NCBI GenBank assembly: GCA_030390025.1
Contig: CM059431.1
Span: forward strand, 145,144,001-145,208,000
Length of the DNA stretch: 64,000 nucleotides
Direction of reading: 5' to 3'
Origin: Squalus acanthias
Taxonomy: Eukaryota
This document shows, one piece after another, positions 61,241 through 64,000 of this stretch. A program made the translations under genes and the position numbers. Below the pieces are notes generated by a model. The model was given only the letters and a program-made list of their open reading frames with translations, was not told the DNA's origin and ran no database searches. How positions within the stretch are numbered: the stretch's first letter is position 1; each line of letters begins with the position of its first letter.

Positions 61241-62749
61241 GCCCTCTGACTCTGTGTTCCTAAGCGTGTATTAAATGATAAATATACGTGAATACTATTT
61301 ACAGCAGCAGAGTTTTAACGTGTGAAATTGTATTTGGAAGTTGTATTCCGTTAAGTGACGCAACTCCCAGTAAATTAATTTATGAAAATAGATCCGTTGT
61401 TACCTGTCTATTATTGTTATGTTAACTTGTATCTATCTTTGAACGACTACATAAATAAACGGCGATTTCGCTACATTAAAACGCAATAATTTTACTCAGT
61501 ATGTTCAGGGTTTTTACTTTGTCCTGCGGCTCCTGATTCTGGTTCCAGTGAGTCTGGGCAAGTTAACGTCGTGGGTTAAACAGGTTAATGAACACACCCT
61601 GTGTAAAGATCAGTTACAGATCACAGTCATAAACCCGACCTTCAGCCTGATAAGTAAAATCCCTCCACACCCTGTTCTCTGGTGCAGGACCCGATCAGAA
61701 TCACACACGGTCGCAATCAGTTTGAATTGTTCTGATAAATTACTGACATTTGACCCAAAGTCATTAATCCTCTGTTTGGTAAAATTGACTACATTTCCCC
61801 AGAGCTCTTCGATCTGCGGTTCAGAAGATCGGGAATCAGTTTCGTGTCCTCGATTAGATTTCATTATTCACCATAAAACCAGTTTATTATCGGACCAGAG
61901 ATGACAAGGGACAAAGATCGCAGATTATAATCTCCAGCAAATAGCCTCTAGTTAGTGAGTAACAGTCTGTGCCTTGATCAGGATGTTCACACCCATGAAT
62001 ATCAGGCTCCGGGTTTCAGTAACTGGAGCTGAATCAGTCAATGTGGGCGATAAACAAGTGACATTTCTGCTTCATCGGCCTGTTAACTTTTAGTGGTCGT
62101 GATGTAATTTCACATTTTCTTTTAATCTTTATTTTAACAGTTTGGCAGCGGATTATATTTACTATGAGACTGGGAAACTCTGAACATTAATTTCATTTGC
62201 CAATTTGCTCATTTTCCTTCCTGCTTCTCTGTGCTGCCGCTCCCAGTCTGTTTACAGCTCCCCTGCTGCGTGTCTGAAATCCTTGTCTTTCACCTGTCTG
62301 CTTTCCCCACCGGTGCTGTGCCTGATCTTTAATGTTTGTTTTCCTCCCTCACCGGTACCATTTCTGTATTCCACTTTTTCCATTGCAATCAGCTCTATGT
62401 CTGATTCTGTAGTAACTTCGCTTCCCCAGATGTTCCATCCCACCTGCTCCATACCTGAATGTCCCCCTGCATCTGTAACTCCCTCCTGCTCTACAGCCTT
62501 CCTCCACCCCAACTTTCTCCCCAACTCTTTATTCCTCCCCACCTGCTGCAATCCTAATTTTACCCTTGCCCTTCCTTTCCTGCTGCTCCATGCCCGGTCA
62601 TTCCAACATCCGTTCGCCCATCTGGTCGACATCTGACTCTCCCTCTCCTTTCCTTTCCACCTGTCCCATGTCTGATTACGTTCCCAGCTTGCTTCCCCAT
62701 CCTGCTGAATGTCTGATTCTACATCCACCACAAACAACGTGCAACAACT

Positions 62750-62910
62750 GAATATGTTGGGAGTAGTCAGCAGGTCAGGCCGCATCTGTGGAGAGAGATA
62801 GATTTAATGTTTCAGGTCGATGACCTTTCGTCATAACCTGAAACGTTCTCGCTCCACAGATGCTGCCTGACCTGCTGAGTATTTCCAGCACGTTTTGTTT
62901 TTATTTCAGA
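62750..62910. mobile_element. Palindromic Penelope-terminus-derived element
   Basis: cagcaggtcaggccgcatctgtggag...ctccacagatgctgcctgacctgctg inverted arms around gtttcaggtcgatgacctttcgtca. Confidence 0.75.
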
Positions 62911-63369
62911 TTTTCAAAGTATGCTGCGTTAATATTTAAAAGCTAGTTGAAGTCCTGCATAGTCCAAAGCCCATCCTATATTCTCTGCATCGAATGTAGT
63001 TACAGACCCGAGAAATGGTCCTACAATAATGAACCATCATTAACCAGCTGGATAATATTCCTCTTCAATAGTCTTTTTTTGTGTGAACACACATCTCCAT
63101 GTTAAAAGATCCCCTTGTGGCAATTAATCTATTTTATAGTTTCACTCGGTTAGGGCCTCATTCTAAATTTAAACCTTGTCACCTCGTTCTTAATTTTCCG
63201 ATCAGAGGAAATAGTTTATCTCTGTCTACCCTATCAAAACATAATATTTTAAACATCTCGGTCAGGTCGCCCTCAATCTTCTATACTCAAGCTCATACAA
63301 GCCAAGCTTTTGTACCCGGTCAATCGGAGTGCATACAATTGATCCCCACTCTTTCTCCTAACTCCTTAA

Positions 63370-64000
63370 TAATTTCTAAACCAAGTTAAAAGGCTGCCTC
63401 CATTTCAATGCGCTCTCATTTATGCCAATTATCTTTTGTGTGGAACCCTATCGAATGCCTTCTGCAAGTCCAGATCGATAACATCGATAGGCACTCATTT
63501 GTCTATCTTATAAGTGATCGCAAAATATTCCACTAGTTTAGTCAGACATGAATGACCTTTAATAAAACCATGCTCGCTCTCTGATCAGCTCATTTTGCTC
63601 AAATGTTCAGTCACTCGATCCTTAATGACCGATTCTAGTAGCTTCCCGTCTACCGACGTTAAACTGACATGCATCTAGTTCCCTAAATTCCTATCTCACC
63701 CATCTTAAAAAGTGGAGTGACGATAGCAATTTAAATTCTAACAGCACAATTACCGAATCAAGAAATCTTTGAAGGATTCTAACTGACGCTTCTGCAATTT
63801 GCACCCTACTTCTTTCAATAACCTTGGGTGGAAATCATCAGGTGGGAGAGATTTATCGTTCCAAACTTCCAATATTTTCTCCATCAACATTTTACTATTA
63901 TGAACACAGCAAATTCCTCTCCTTGATTTATTTCTATTTTTCCTTCTCCCACTGGCATTTCGTCCTTTTCATCTACTGTGAAAGCTGACACAAAGTATTC
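63370..64000 (-). mobile_element. Decayed CR1 RT fragment
   Basis: Reverse complement gives KSLPPDDFHPR and DLQKAFDRVPH-like motifs. Confidence 0.75.

Noticed and set aside
62205..62785. 143-aa and 177-aa opposing ORFs
   Set aside because: Pyrimidine/purine-skewed low-complexity sequence, probably a decayed repeat; no recognisable domain

Overview
Repeat-rich vertebrate genomic DNA, most consistent with a cartilaginous fish. That assignment is an inference from the repeat set (abundant CR1/HER1-type LINEs, Deu-domain SINE, Penelope termini) and the shark-type NLR and GPR139-like genes. Two host genes face each other. The first is a two-exon GPR139/142-like class A GPCR on + (2894-5389) with a 1-bp frameshift. 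The second is an apparently intact 11-coding-exon CARD-like/NACHT/LRR NLR gene on - (57323-23855, 3063 nt, 1020 aa by my manual splicing), whose LRRs are encoded by a tandem array of phase-symmetric exons with near-identical introns. The rest is mostly mobile DNA: a young Ty3/Gypsy element at the left edge whose PBS is complementary to its own LTR; a decayed retrovirus-like element with a tRNA-Lys PBS, in-frame UGA between gag and pro, two RNase H domains and a 3' Cys-rich remnant (lokiretrovirus-like); many nested CR1 and L2/CR1-like LINEs; Penelope remnants with a hammerhead-like motif; PIF/Harbinger-type MITEs; and at least six minisatellites. All calls come from reading the sequence by eye with no database searches. 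Repeat boundaries are approximate. I cannot show that any system here is truly undescribed.
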